Shown: piece by piece, positions 55,964-64,000 of the stretch
How the letters are laid out: each line of letters opens with the position of its first letter
Position numbering within the stretch: position 1 is the first letter of the stretch
IMG/VR virus record: IMGVR_UViG_3300027708_000012
Location: 281,370-345,369 of that record
Strand: one strand, 5' to 3'
DNA: 64,000 bases
Notes under the pieces: generated by a model
Database searches by the model: none
The model's input: only the letters and a program-made list of their open reading frames with translations
Told to the model about the DNA's origin: nothing
Translations under genes and position numbers: made by a program

Positions 55964-58273
55964 TCAAGATCCCATAATGAGTATACTGGCCCAGAGATCA
56001 AAACTGGCACTTGTTGGACTAGTACCGCCTGCACCACCTGTACTACTGATAGTGCCATCTGCGGCAATAGTAACTCCAGTACCTGCTTTGACACCGCCCA
56101 ATCGTGATGAAGTAGCTATGGGCAAAGAGTATGGAGTAAATGTGAATACGCCTGCACTGTAACTTAGACTTTCCGTACCCGGACTATTGGTTGAAATGCT
56201 TAGACTGCCAGTTGTGATATAAGCTGCATCGTTGGTAAATGTGCTCACATTGGTAGGTGCACCAGTTAATTTGCTGTATGCCAGACTGGTTAGCCAAGTG
56301 GGATTGGCGTAACTTCCAGTGGTATAAACTCCGTTGGTAACTGTGCCAGCATTGCCTGTGGTATCTTGATTGAGTGTTGGAATGTCTGATGCCACTAGCA
56401 GTCGGAAAGTAGGAGCACCAGATGTACTGTTTGGAGCTGCTAGAACATACTTGGCTGTTTTGCTAGCATATGGATTCTGTGTGTCACCATAACCAGTTGC
56501 TAGTGCAATAGTAACAGCACTGGATCCATCAAAACTTGATCCACTTAATCCAGTACCAATTGTAAGTGAATTAGTAGTACTGGCCTTGATAGTTTTCCCA
56601 GTGTCACCCAATGTCAGTGTCACACCATTAAGTTGAATAGTAGTGTTGACTAGATATGAATTAGCAATAGCTGTTCCATTCCAAGTGCCACTGGTAATTG
56701 TACCCACGCTGGTTAAACTTGAACCAGTTACAGCACTTCCCAATGCTGTTGAACTTAATACATCTGTGCCGTTTATCTTATATGTCTTGCCACTTGCTAG
56801 GTCAACGTTTTCACTTGATGTCCAAGCAGTTGTACTCAACACCCAGTTTAATGTCTTGTCAGTTGTGCCATGTAAGGTAATGCCGCCGCCGTTGGCACTG
56901 GCATCGCTGGCTGTGGCTGGACTTACAGGTTTGGCTAATTCAATATTCTTATCGGCAAATGTGCTTGTGGTAGCATTAATAGTTTCTGTAGTGCCGTTTA
57001 CAGTCAAGTTACCACTGACTATCAAATTTCCGTTAGTTGTAGTATCTACCCCAGTTGCACCAATACTGGTCAAACTGGTCAACGCGGTAACACTGGCTGT
57101 AATATAACTGCTTAGGTCAGGCGGAGTATACTTGAACTTGCCTGTTGTATTACTATATGCTACACTACCACTACCGCTTGCGGAACCCGGAGTATCCATA
57201 CTCAAACTTGTGAGTGTTATATAATTATAACCACTCAGCGTTGAACTTGTTACATAGCTGCTCAATGTGCTTGATAAACTAGTACTAGTTACATAACTAC
57301 TTAGTGTACTAGTTAGGCTGGTACTTGTTACATAACTACTCAATGTGCTTGATAAACTTGAACTTGTTACATAGCTACTCAGTGTGCTAGTTAGACTAGT
57401 GCTAGTTACATATGAACTTAGATCTGGCGGAGTGTAGGTAAACACACCAGTTGTATTGTTATAACTTATTGCACCTGTACCACTTGCGGAATTTGGAGTA
57501 CCAGTGCTTAATGATCCATATACTAGATAATCAGTACCAGCAGTTGCTGTTGATATGACACCACTGGTACCTTTTAATAATCCTGTTAGCGTGCCAATAG
57601 CTACTGTACCGTCACTTGCAATGCTTAATGCTGTTGCTGGAGAACTTGCGCCGGCTTTAAATGTTATTGAACTTGCACTTACTGTATAAGGAACATATCC
57701 TGAGATAGTGTTATTAAGAGCATCATTAGCAATTCCATACGCATTGCTACCAGTACCAAAGCCAAATACAGCACCAGTTGTTCCATTCGCAATCTTTAAT
57801 GTATAGTTAGTGCCGCCAGATGTATCTGTAATTGTCTGACCAGTTGTACTTGGTGAAATATAATCAGTACCAGCAGTGGCCTCTGATATAGCTGTACCGT
57901 TGCCTTTTAACAAACCAGTTACTGTAGTCTGTATTGTGATAGCTGGTGTAGTGGTACTGGTTGCTACTGTTCCAGCAAACCCGTTGGTGCTTACAACACT
58001 TACGCTGGTAACTGTGCCGCTACTAGTTACACCACTTGTAACCCATATCAAGTTGCCGTATGAATCTAAAGATAGTATTTGTCCAGTAGTTCCGCCAGAA
58101 GGAAACGGTTGAAGAGCTACAACGCTTTCTGTTGATGCTACGGATTTTTTAAGATATATTCGCCCGTCATAGGTGTTTAAGGCTATTTCACCTAGTGCTA
58201 AGTCTGTAGTCGCTGGTACTTTACCTGCAACCGCACTTCGTTTAAACTTAACGACGTTTGCCGCTGTGGCCAT
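55964..58273 (-). CDS. Tail fibre protein
   Basis: KRSAVAGKVP..LALGEIALNTYDGRIY; GNLTVNGT; S/T/G-rich. Confidence 0.85.
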   Translation of the reverse strand: MATAANVVKFKRSAVAGKVPATTDLALGEIALNTYDGRIYLKKSVASTESVVALQPFPSGGTTGQILSLDSYGNLIWVTSGVTSSGTVTSVSVVSTNGFAGTVATSTTTPAITIQTTVTGLLKGNGTAISEATAGTDYISPSTTGQTITDTSGGTNYTLKIANGTTGAVFGFGTGSNAYGIANDALNNTISGYVPYTVSASSITFKAGASSPATALSIASDGTVAIGTLTGLLKGTSGVISTATAGTDYLVYGSLSTGTPNSASGTGAISYNNTTGVFTYTPPDLSSYVTSTSLTSTLSSYVTSSSLSSTLSSYVTSTSLTSTLSSYVTSTSLSSTLSSYVTSSTLSGYNYITLTSLSMDTPGSASGSGSVAYSNTTGKFKYTPPDLSSYITASVTALTSLTSIGATGVDTTTNGNLIVSGNLTVNGTTETINATTSTFADKNIELAKPVSPATASDASANGGGITLHGTTDKTLNWVLSTTAWTSSENVDLASGKTYKINGTDVLSSTALGSAVTGSSLTSVGTITSGTWNGTAIANSYLVNTTIQLNGVTLTLGDTGKTIKASTTNSLTIGTGLSGSSFDGSSAVTIALATGYGDTQNPYASKTAKYVLAAPNSTSGAPTFRLLVASDIPTLNQDTTGNAGTVTNGVYTTGSYANPTWLTSLAYSKLTGAPTNVSTFTNDAAYITTGSLSISTNSPGTESLSYSAGVFTFTPYSLPIATSSRLGGVKAGTGVTIAADGTISSTGGAGGTSPTSASFDLWASILIMGS
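57235..57420 (-). repeat. 39-bp tandem repeat (LSSYVTSTSLTST) about 5 copies
   Basis: Seen in translation and as recurring GTTACATA on plus strand. Confidence 0.8.
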
Positions 58274-58344
58274 GTGGCATCCTTTTTAATCCGCTATCAA
58301 GCGAGGAAAACTGAGTGAGTATATACCCACTCAGTATTTATATG

Positions 58345-61300
58345 TTAATAGGATCCACCGTCCAAGTCCGCCCAAACAGGAACACCGTTTTGTAACTGCA
58401 ACGTTTGTCCGTTAGTACCGGCTGCTAGTACGGTCAGTGCTGACAATGAAGAACCAGTGCTTCCAGCATACAACAAATCGCCTTTGCTGTAGCCGCCAAC
58501 TCCAGTGCCGCCGTATTGTGCGGTAATTACTGTAGCATTCCAAGTACCCAATGTAACTGTGCCAAGCCCTGTAATTCCCGTGTCAGTTAATGCAGCCCAA
58601 GTAGGTGCACCTGCGCTGTTCATGGTCAACAATGAAGTTGCTGACGGTTTTGTTAGTTTTGATAGTGTATCGCTAGCACTGGAATATAACAAATCACCAG
58701 TGGCATAAGAAGTTAACCCAGTACCACCTCGAGTGGTTGCAATAGTACTAGCACTCCAAGTACCAGTAGTAACAGTTCCAAGTGTGGTGATTGTGTTTTG
58801 TCCAACATAGCTTGCACTGATATCAATGCTGTCAGCATTTACTGTAATTCTGTTGCTGGTTCCAACAATGTCAAGTACACCACTAGTGTATGTTAAACCA
58901 GCACCTGCTACTGTGCTGGCCAGTTGTACATTATCTCCAGATATTTCAATACCGTTGGCAACATTTACATCTAGTGTGTTGCCAGTCTTACTTAATCCTG
59001 CGCCTGCGGTAATCTGTCCAGCACCGCTGAACTGCACAAACGATAAGCTCGTTGTACCTAATGTAATAGTACCGTCTGTAGTTAATACCCATCCGCTGTC
59101 AGCGTTAGTTGTACCTTCTTCAACAAAGGTAAACATTCCGCTAGTAACTTCTACTCCTGGAGCATTATCGCAATCTTCTGCACGGGTCCACGGGCCGCTG
59201 GCAACAACATAAATGCCGTTGTTTTCACCGGTTGATTGATTCTTAACTAAAACACGATTGCCAACTGCTAGAGCAACATCGTCAATTGTTTGTGTGTTAG
59301 TCAGTGTAATGTTGGCAGTTGTTGCCGCACGTACAGATGCCTTAACATCTAATCCTGAACGAGTAGCATCAACATATGCTTTAGTGGCCGCATCTTGTGC
59401 GCCGGTTGGATCAGATAAGTTAGTAATTCTAGAACTGCTTGCATTAATGGTACCAGTGCCGTTTGGGTCAAATACAATGTCCCCGTTTGTGTCAGTACTG
59501 CTAACTGTATTACCAGTTATGCGAATGTTGTTGACATCAATTTGAGTCAGACCAGCTAGTGTAGTACTAGTTGAACCTAAACTAATATCAGTTGTACCAA
59601 CTGTTACTTTACTGTTTACTAACTGTGTGTTGGTAACGCCACCAGATTTGATAGTTACATCGCCACTGCTTACTGAGAAGCTGGCTGTGTTAAATGTAGC
59701 AACACCTTTTTGTGATGATGTTGCATTACTTGCTGTGACTGTTACAGTACTGCCTGTAGCACTTGTTACAATACCCTGTGCGCTTGTACCAGCAATGGTA
59801 AATGCATTAGTAGCTGGAGTTGCTGAACCAGTATCACCGCTGATAGATTGTGCAACGTCGGTTTTTAACGCAACGTCGCCGCCAGTTACAACAAATCCGC
59901 TAGTATTAAATGTAGAAACACCTTTTATGCTTGATGTAGCTGTGGCCACACTGATTGCTATTTGATTGTCTGTTACTGCTGTGCTGATTGCACCGCTACC
60001 TGCAAATGTTAGTGTATCACTACCTAGCGCAACACCATCAGTTCCTGTGTCGCCTGCAATGTTAAGTGTAGTGCTTATAGATGCAGTTGTTACTGCTGTA
60101 ACCAAACCTTTGCCATTTACTGTGACTACTGGAATTAATGTTGTGGAACCAAATGTTCCAACATCGGTGTTTACAGTGTCTAAGGTAACTGTAATGGTTG
60201 TGTCACCCAAGTTGGTCATCGTAGAGTAACCGTCTACATCACCAGCGATAGTAATAACAGGGTCGTTTACATTAAAATCTAGTACGCCGTTTCCCGCGCC
60301 ATTATCTGTGTAGGTTACGCTAATACCACTTTCGGTATTAGAACTAACCATTGCTCCAACAATGTCTTCAATACGTTCCACATTGACTGTAACAGCACCA
60401 GTAGTTACTGTAAAGTCTGTTGAGTCAAAACTAGCAACACCTTTTACACTTGATGTGGCTGTTGCTACGCTGATGGCCACTTGATTATCTGTTACTGCTG
60501 TGCTGATTGCACCATTACCTGCAAATGTTAATGTATCACTACCCAAAGAAACTGAGTCTGTTCCTGTGCCGCCAGCAATACTAAGACTAGTGCTTATTGA
60601 CGCAGTTGTTACTGATGTAACTAGACCTTTGCCATTTACTGTGACTACTGGTATTGCTGTGGTACTACCAAATGTTCCAACTGTGGTATTAACTGTTTTT
60701 AAAGTAAAATCTAATGTGCCTGCGGGATCGTCGTATGTTGCTAATAGGTCAGTTTCTGTTCCAGAAACCATTGCACCAACAATGTCTTGTATTCTTTCTT
60801 CTTTGACTGTAACAGCGCCGCTTGCAACCGTAAAGTCAGTTGAGTCAAAACTTGCCAAACCTTTGGTGCTTGCTGTAGCGTCTGCAACAGCAACGGTCAC
60901 TGTGTTATCTGTAACAGCAACAGTGATTGGTGATGTGGCACCCGCAAATGTTAAGGTGTCACCTACTAAAGTAACAGTGTCAGTACCTGTGCTACCTGCA
61001 ATAGATAAAGTTGGAGATAACCAACTTGTTGTGCCATCTGTGTTGGCTGTAAGTACATGTCCAGTTGTTGCTGTTCTTACAGCAGGCAATGTAAAACTAT
61101 TACTGCTTGTATTGATCTGTACTTTACCAGTACCGTTGGCAGATAATATTACATTTAAGTCGCCACTAGTGGTGCTTAGAGTATTACCATTTAACGATAG
61201 ATCATCAACTAATAGTTCGTCTAGTTTTTTATTAGCATCGACGATTAAAGCTGAGCTGGCTGTTAGTACACCACGCTCGTGGTCCAGCATGTCCGTAAAA

Positions 61301-61506
61301 TACTTACCACCAATAACAATAACATCATTAGCATTGCCGGTAACACCAACACCGTTTGCACCAATGAATAATCTGTCGCCACCGTTGCTAGTAGGGTTCC
61401 CGCTAGCAGTTAAATAGCTATAGGCTAACTCGCCCAGTTTTAACGATGCTGGTGCACCACTCGTGCCCGATCGTTTAATCTTTATAATATTTGCATCATT
61501 AGCCAT
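58345..61506 (-). CDS. Long tail fibre protein with internal repeats
   Basis: IKIKRS..LKLGELAYS; DPTGAQDAATKAYVD; RVLVKNQ..NGIY; repeated GTFGSTT.IPVVTVNGKGLVT modules. Confidence 0.88.
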   Translation of the reverse strand: MANDANIIKIKRSGTSGAPASLKLGELAYSYLTASGNPTSNGGDRLFIGANGVGVTGNANDVIVIGGKYFTDMLDHERGVLTASSALIVDANKKLDELLVDDLSLNGNTLSTTSGDLNVILSANGTGKVQINTSSNSFTLPAVRTATTGHVLTANTDGTTSWLSPTLSIAGSTGTDTVTLVGDTLTFAGATSPITVAVTDNTVTVAVADATASTKGLASFDSTDFTVASGAVTVKEERIQDIVGAMVSGTETDLLATYDDPAGTLDFTLKTVNTTVGTFGSTTAIPVVTVNGKGLVTSVTTASISTSLSIAGGTGTDSVSLGSDTLTFAGNGAISTAVTDNQVAISVATATSSVKGVASFDSTDFTVTTGAVTVNVERIEDIVGAMVSSNTESGISVTYTDNGAGNGVLDFNVNDPVITIAGDVDGYSTMTNLGDTTITVTLDTVNTDVGTFGSTTLIPVVTVNGKGLVTAVTTASISTTLNIAGDTGTDGVALGSDTLTFAGSGAISTAVTDNQIAISVATATSSIKGVSTFNTSGFVVTGGDVALKTDVAQSISGDTGSATPATNAFTIAGTSAQGIVTSATGSTVTVTASNATSSQKGVATFNTASFSVSSGDVTIKSGGVTNTQLVNSKVTVGTTDISLGSTSTTLAGLTQIDVNNIRITGNTVSSTDTNGDIVFDPNGTGTINASSSRITNLSDPTGAQDAATKAYVDATRSGLDVKASVRAATTANITLTNTQTIDDVALAVGNRVLVKNQSTGENNGIYVVASGPWTRAEDCDNAPGVEVTSGMFTFVEEGTTNADSGWVLTTDGTITLGTTSLSFVQFSGAGQITAGAGLSKTGNTLDVNVANGIEISGDNVQLASTVAGAGLTYTSGVLDIVGTSNRITVNADSIDISASYVGQNTITTLGTVTTGTWSASTIATTRGGTGLTSYATGDLLYSSASDTLSKLTKPSATSLLTMNSAGAPTWAALTDTGITGLGTVTLGTWNATVITAQYGGTGVGGYSKGDLLYAGSTGSSLSALTVLAAGTNGQTLQLQNGVPVWADLDGGSY

Positions 61507-61523
61507 TTAAACCGCTCCGTTTT

Positions 61524-62435
61524 TTAAAAAAATCCGCCATCCATTTCGTCGGATCTTAAGTTGTTTACTGTATCCCATCTTTCACTGCTGGCATTATAAA
61601 TTAGCAATGCGCCGTCATTTAATGCCGCTCCGCCAGCTGTTGAATTCACATTAGAAATATCTGTTACTGTATTTATTCCAGCACCTTTTGGAACGCTGAT
61701 TGTACCATCTACAGCAACATTCACATGGGTCACAGCTGGATCGCCAGTTTTTACCACACCAAGTCTATCTGACTTAGCTTTAAGTCCTGGATCGCCTGGA
61801 TCGCCTTTAGGTCCAGTATTTCCTGGCTCACCTTGATCGCCCTTTTGTCCTGGAACACCTTGGTCACCTTGAGCAGCAAAAAGCGCCCAGAAACTTGTTT
61901 CTGTTGTTGGTACTTTGTTGGCACTTGATTGTAAGGCTGCATATGAGTTTCCTCGATAAAAAACCACATCGTTAGTGCGATAAAATGCATTGGCACTCCA
62001 TGTTCCCTTTTCAACAAATCCTGGTCCAGAAGGGCCTGGCGGGCCTGGCGGGCCTGCATCGCCTTTTGCGCCTGCTACTGTAGTAACAGCACTAACCCAT
62101 GCTCCGCCGTATCTTACGTATAAATTACCATCATTTGTATCGTACCACAGGTCGCCATCTTGTAAATTTGTAGTAGGCGGAGTTGGGCCAGCTTGACTGT
62201 AATCTGGAACACTAATAGTACCATCTGGGCCAATTGTTACGCCTGCTCCGGCTTTAACGCCGCCAATTTGGCCGGTGCTGGGTGGAGTCAACACATATGT
62301 ACTAGTTCCAGACATCGGAGGATTACCAATAAATCCTTTACCCAGCCATTTTACTCCATCCCATTTATAGGTAATATTGTTGTCGCCTATATAGGTTTGT
62401 CCTATGTAAGGACTTGGAGGAAAATTAAGTATCAT
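61524..62435 (-). CDS. Collagen-like fibre protein
   Basis: Gly-X-Y runs; GDLWYDT; carbohydrate-binding-like WSANAFY..DVVFY.G. Confidence 0.85.
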   Translation of the reverse strand: MILNFPPSPYIGQTYIGDNNITYKWDGVKWLGKGFIGNPPMSGTSTYVLTPPSTGQIGGVKAGAGVTIGPDGTISVPDYSQAGPTPPTTNLQDGDLWYDTNDGNLYVRYGGAWVSAVTTVAGAKGDAGPPGPPGPSGPGFVEKGTWSANAFYRTNDVVFYRGNSYAALQSSANKVPTTETSFWALFAAQGDQGVPGQKGDQGEPGNTGPKGDPGDPGLKAKSDRLGVVKTGDPAVTHVNVAVDGTISVPKGAGINTVTDISNVNSTAGGAALNDGALLIYNASSERWDTVNNLRSDEMDGGFF

Positions 62436-62450
62436 TCAAGTTCCTTTTAA

Positions 62451-62957
62451 TTAGAATCCCGGGCCAGCTGGGTTATAGTACAACAATCCTGTGAAGTCAT
62501 CTGTCTTGGCGGTTGAGCTGTTGCTCCAGTAAAATGTATATTCACCGCCAGCCACTCTATTACCCCATTGTATGCGTAAGGGATAAGACTGTCCACCAGT
62601 TAGTGATATAGGCGCACTGGTTTTTGGGGTTTCTCCCTCAAACTCGCGTATATCGTAATTACTGTTAGTATATGTTGAAATAGCTTTGTTACCTATCCAG
62701 AAGTAACATGCATCGTCGACATTTGAGTAAAATGTATAGCTGTCTGTAACTTTTGGTCTGAAATACCCTATGATTTGTCTGCTAAGTGGATATACGCCTG
62801 TGCCAAAACTAGTTAAATTATATCTACCAGTTGACGACGTTGGTGTTCGACTAGTAAACCAAGTACTATCGCCATTAAAATATCCACTATAGGTTGAAAG
62901 ATATAATCCAGTACCAGATGTGGCTAGATGTGTTCTATGAAAATTTGCTCTAGGCAT
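62451..62957 (-). CDS. PA14/GLEYA carbohydrate-binding domain protein
   Basis: GYFRPKVTDSYTFYSNVDDACYFWIG..YPLRIQWGN. Confidence 0.85.
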   Translation of the reverse strand: MPRANFHRTHLATSGTGLYLSTYSGYFNGDSTWFTSRTPTSSTGRYNLTSFGTGVYPLSRQIIGYFRPKVTDSYTFYSNVDDACYFWIGNKAISTYTNSNYDIREFEGETPKTSAPISLTGGQSYPLRIQWGNRVAGGEYTFYWSNSSTAKTDDFTGLLYYNPAGPGF

Positions 62958-64000
62958 TAGACAAATCCTGTTACCAAACTTGCGTAGTACACACTACCAG
63001 TGTAGGTAATGGTCAACATGTCAATGGAATCAACTGCGGTGCTTAGAGTTTTAAGTCCACCAGCAAACTTCATAGTACTAGTTAATGTGTAACTGCCACT
63101 GCCGCCTTGTGTAAGAATTAGCGTTACAGTTTGTCCAGTTTGTGGACTAGCAAATTCATTTATTGTAATGCTTCCAGTTAGTGTGACGTTTTGTATAGCA
63201 CCATTGGCCGCGTCTGGAGTAAATGTACTAGCAAACGTAGCATCATAAACTGTATCGCGAACATCTTTAACTAGTAAAGTAGGAGTAGAAATCACACCAT
63301 CAACGTTTAAACTCCTAGTAATACCAACACCACCCGCGATTATTAAGGCGCCCGTTGTACTAGAAGTTGATTGGGTATTGTTCGATACTGTTACAGCACC
63401 ACTGAATGTAGGAGCATCGTCAAATACAAGTTTACCAGTACCTGTAGCACCTGTTGAAGTAACACCTTCTACTGTGATGTGTCCGCTAAATGTTGGCGCA
63501 TTATCAAATACAAGTTTACCAGTACCTGTAGCACCTGTAGTGGTTACTCCTTCTATTGTTGGGTGTCCGCTAAATGTTGGCGCATTATCAAATACAAGTT
63601 TACCAGTACCTGTAGCACCTGTAGTGGTTACTCCTTCTATTGTTGGATGCCCACTAATAGTTAAGTTACCACTTGCAATCTCGGCAACTTTAACAGTGTT
63701 AGAATAAAACTGTATCTGTCCGTCACCTGCACTAAACATACCAGTATCAAGTCCGCCATCGCCTGTAAAGCTGTAGCCAGTAGTTCCATAGCTTCCTGCA
63801 CTGGCTAAGAACATCTTAGACGATAGCGTACCATCAGTGCCATTAAACAACCATTGCTTTGCGCTGCCTGCAGAAGTTGTCCCTGCTAATAGTTTAATGT
63901 TTCCACCTGTACTTTGAGCAAACAATACCAATGCTGTAGCAGAAAGTTCTTTAATGACAGCTTCAGTATAACTGTTTGTGGGTAATGATAATTCGCCATC
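62957..64000 (-). CDS. Tail fibre protein, 5' end outside window
   Basis: Frame stays open from 64000 to 63931; STSSTTGALIIAGGVGI; C-terminal TLILTQGGSGS..IDMLTI domain. Confidence 0.85.
   Translation of the reverse strand, partial: DGELSLPTNSYTEAVIKELSATALVLFAQSTGGNIKLLAGTTSAGSAKQWLFNGTDGTLSSKMFLASAGSYGTTGYSFTGDGGLDTGMFSAGDGQIQFYSNTVKVAEIASGNLTISGHPTIEGVTTTGATGTGKLVFDNAPTFSGHPTIEGVTTTGATGTGKLVFDNAPTFSGHITVEGVTSTGATGTGKLVFDDAPTFSGAVTVSNNTQSTSSTTGALIIAGGVGITRSLNVDGVISTPTLLVKDVRDTVYDATFASTFTPDAANGAIQNVTLTGSITINEFASPQTGQTVTLILTQGGSGSYTLTSTMKFAGGLKTLSTAVDSIDMLTITYTGSVYYASLVTGFV
63400..63655 (-). repeat. 81-bp tandem repeat x3 (SGHPTIEGVTTTGATGTGKLVFDNAPTF)
   Basis: CAAATACAAGTTTACCAGTACCTGTAGCACCTGT recurs three times. 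Confidence 0.9.

Noticed and set aside
56643-63707. Long plus-strand ORFs opposite the fibre genes
   Set aside because: Antisense artefacts of Thr/Gly/Ser-rich coding sequence
44947-64000. Diversity-generating retroelement acting on fibre or array genes
   Set aside because: No reverse transcriptase and no adenine-specific template/variable repeat pair seen in this window
1-64000. Alternative genetic code (stop codon reassignment)
   Set aside because: Conserved genes are full length under the standard code and coding density is high

Overview
This window looks like part of a large, T4-like (myovirus) jumbo bacteriophage genome. It is AT-rich and mostly coded on the minus strand. The host is probably a freshwater Betaproteobacterium, inferred from the DnaK, IscU and Csp sequence style and an ANDxxFALAA tmRNA tag ending. 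Phage hallmarks: a TAAATA late-promoter motif in front of about 25 genes, PAAR spike, tail lysozyme, tail-fibre genes, NrdAB/glutaredoxin, and proteins with capsid-targeting-like N-termini. Host-like auxiliary genes are abundant: cold-shock protein, a circularly permuted (two-piece) tmRNA, fatty-acid desaturase, PlcP/LpxH-like phosphoesterase plus GT2, an amino-acid SBP/DAACS symporter/Asp racemase operon, HemO plus bilin reductase, ClpS, Hsp20, DnaK, bS21, IscU/IscA, halogenase-like and carbamoyltransferase genes, ACP and an S8 protease. Signals not shown by the ORF track: (i) two identical TCAAAAAAAAAG slippery sites, each joining a gene to a start-less -1 frame ORF; (ii) the permuted tmRNA with an apparently 27-aa tag; (iii) five translationally coupled micro-ORFs behind a promoter holding a PhaR-like box, next to a hydrolase and a phasin-like gene; (iv) five paralogous genes arranged as terminator-promoter cassettes; (v) ROSE-like thermometers on dnaK and hsp20; (vi) pho-box-like repeats before the PlcP-GT2 and transporter operons; (vii) a secreted Asn-rich, amyloid-like three-gene module. 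All family assignments come from motif recognition by eye; no searches were run.
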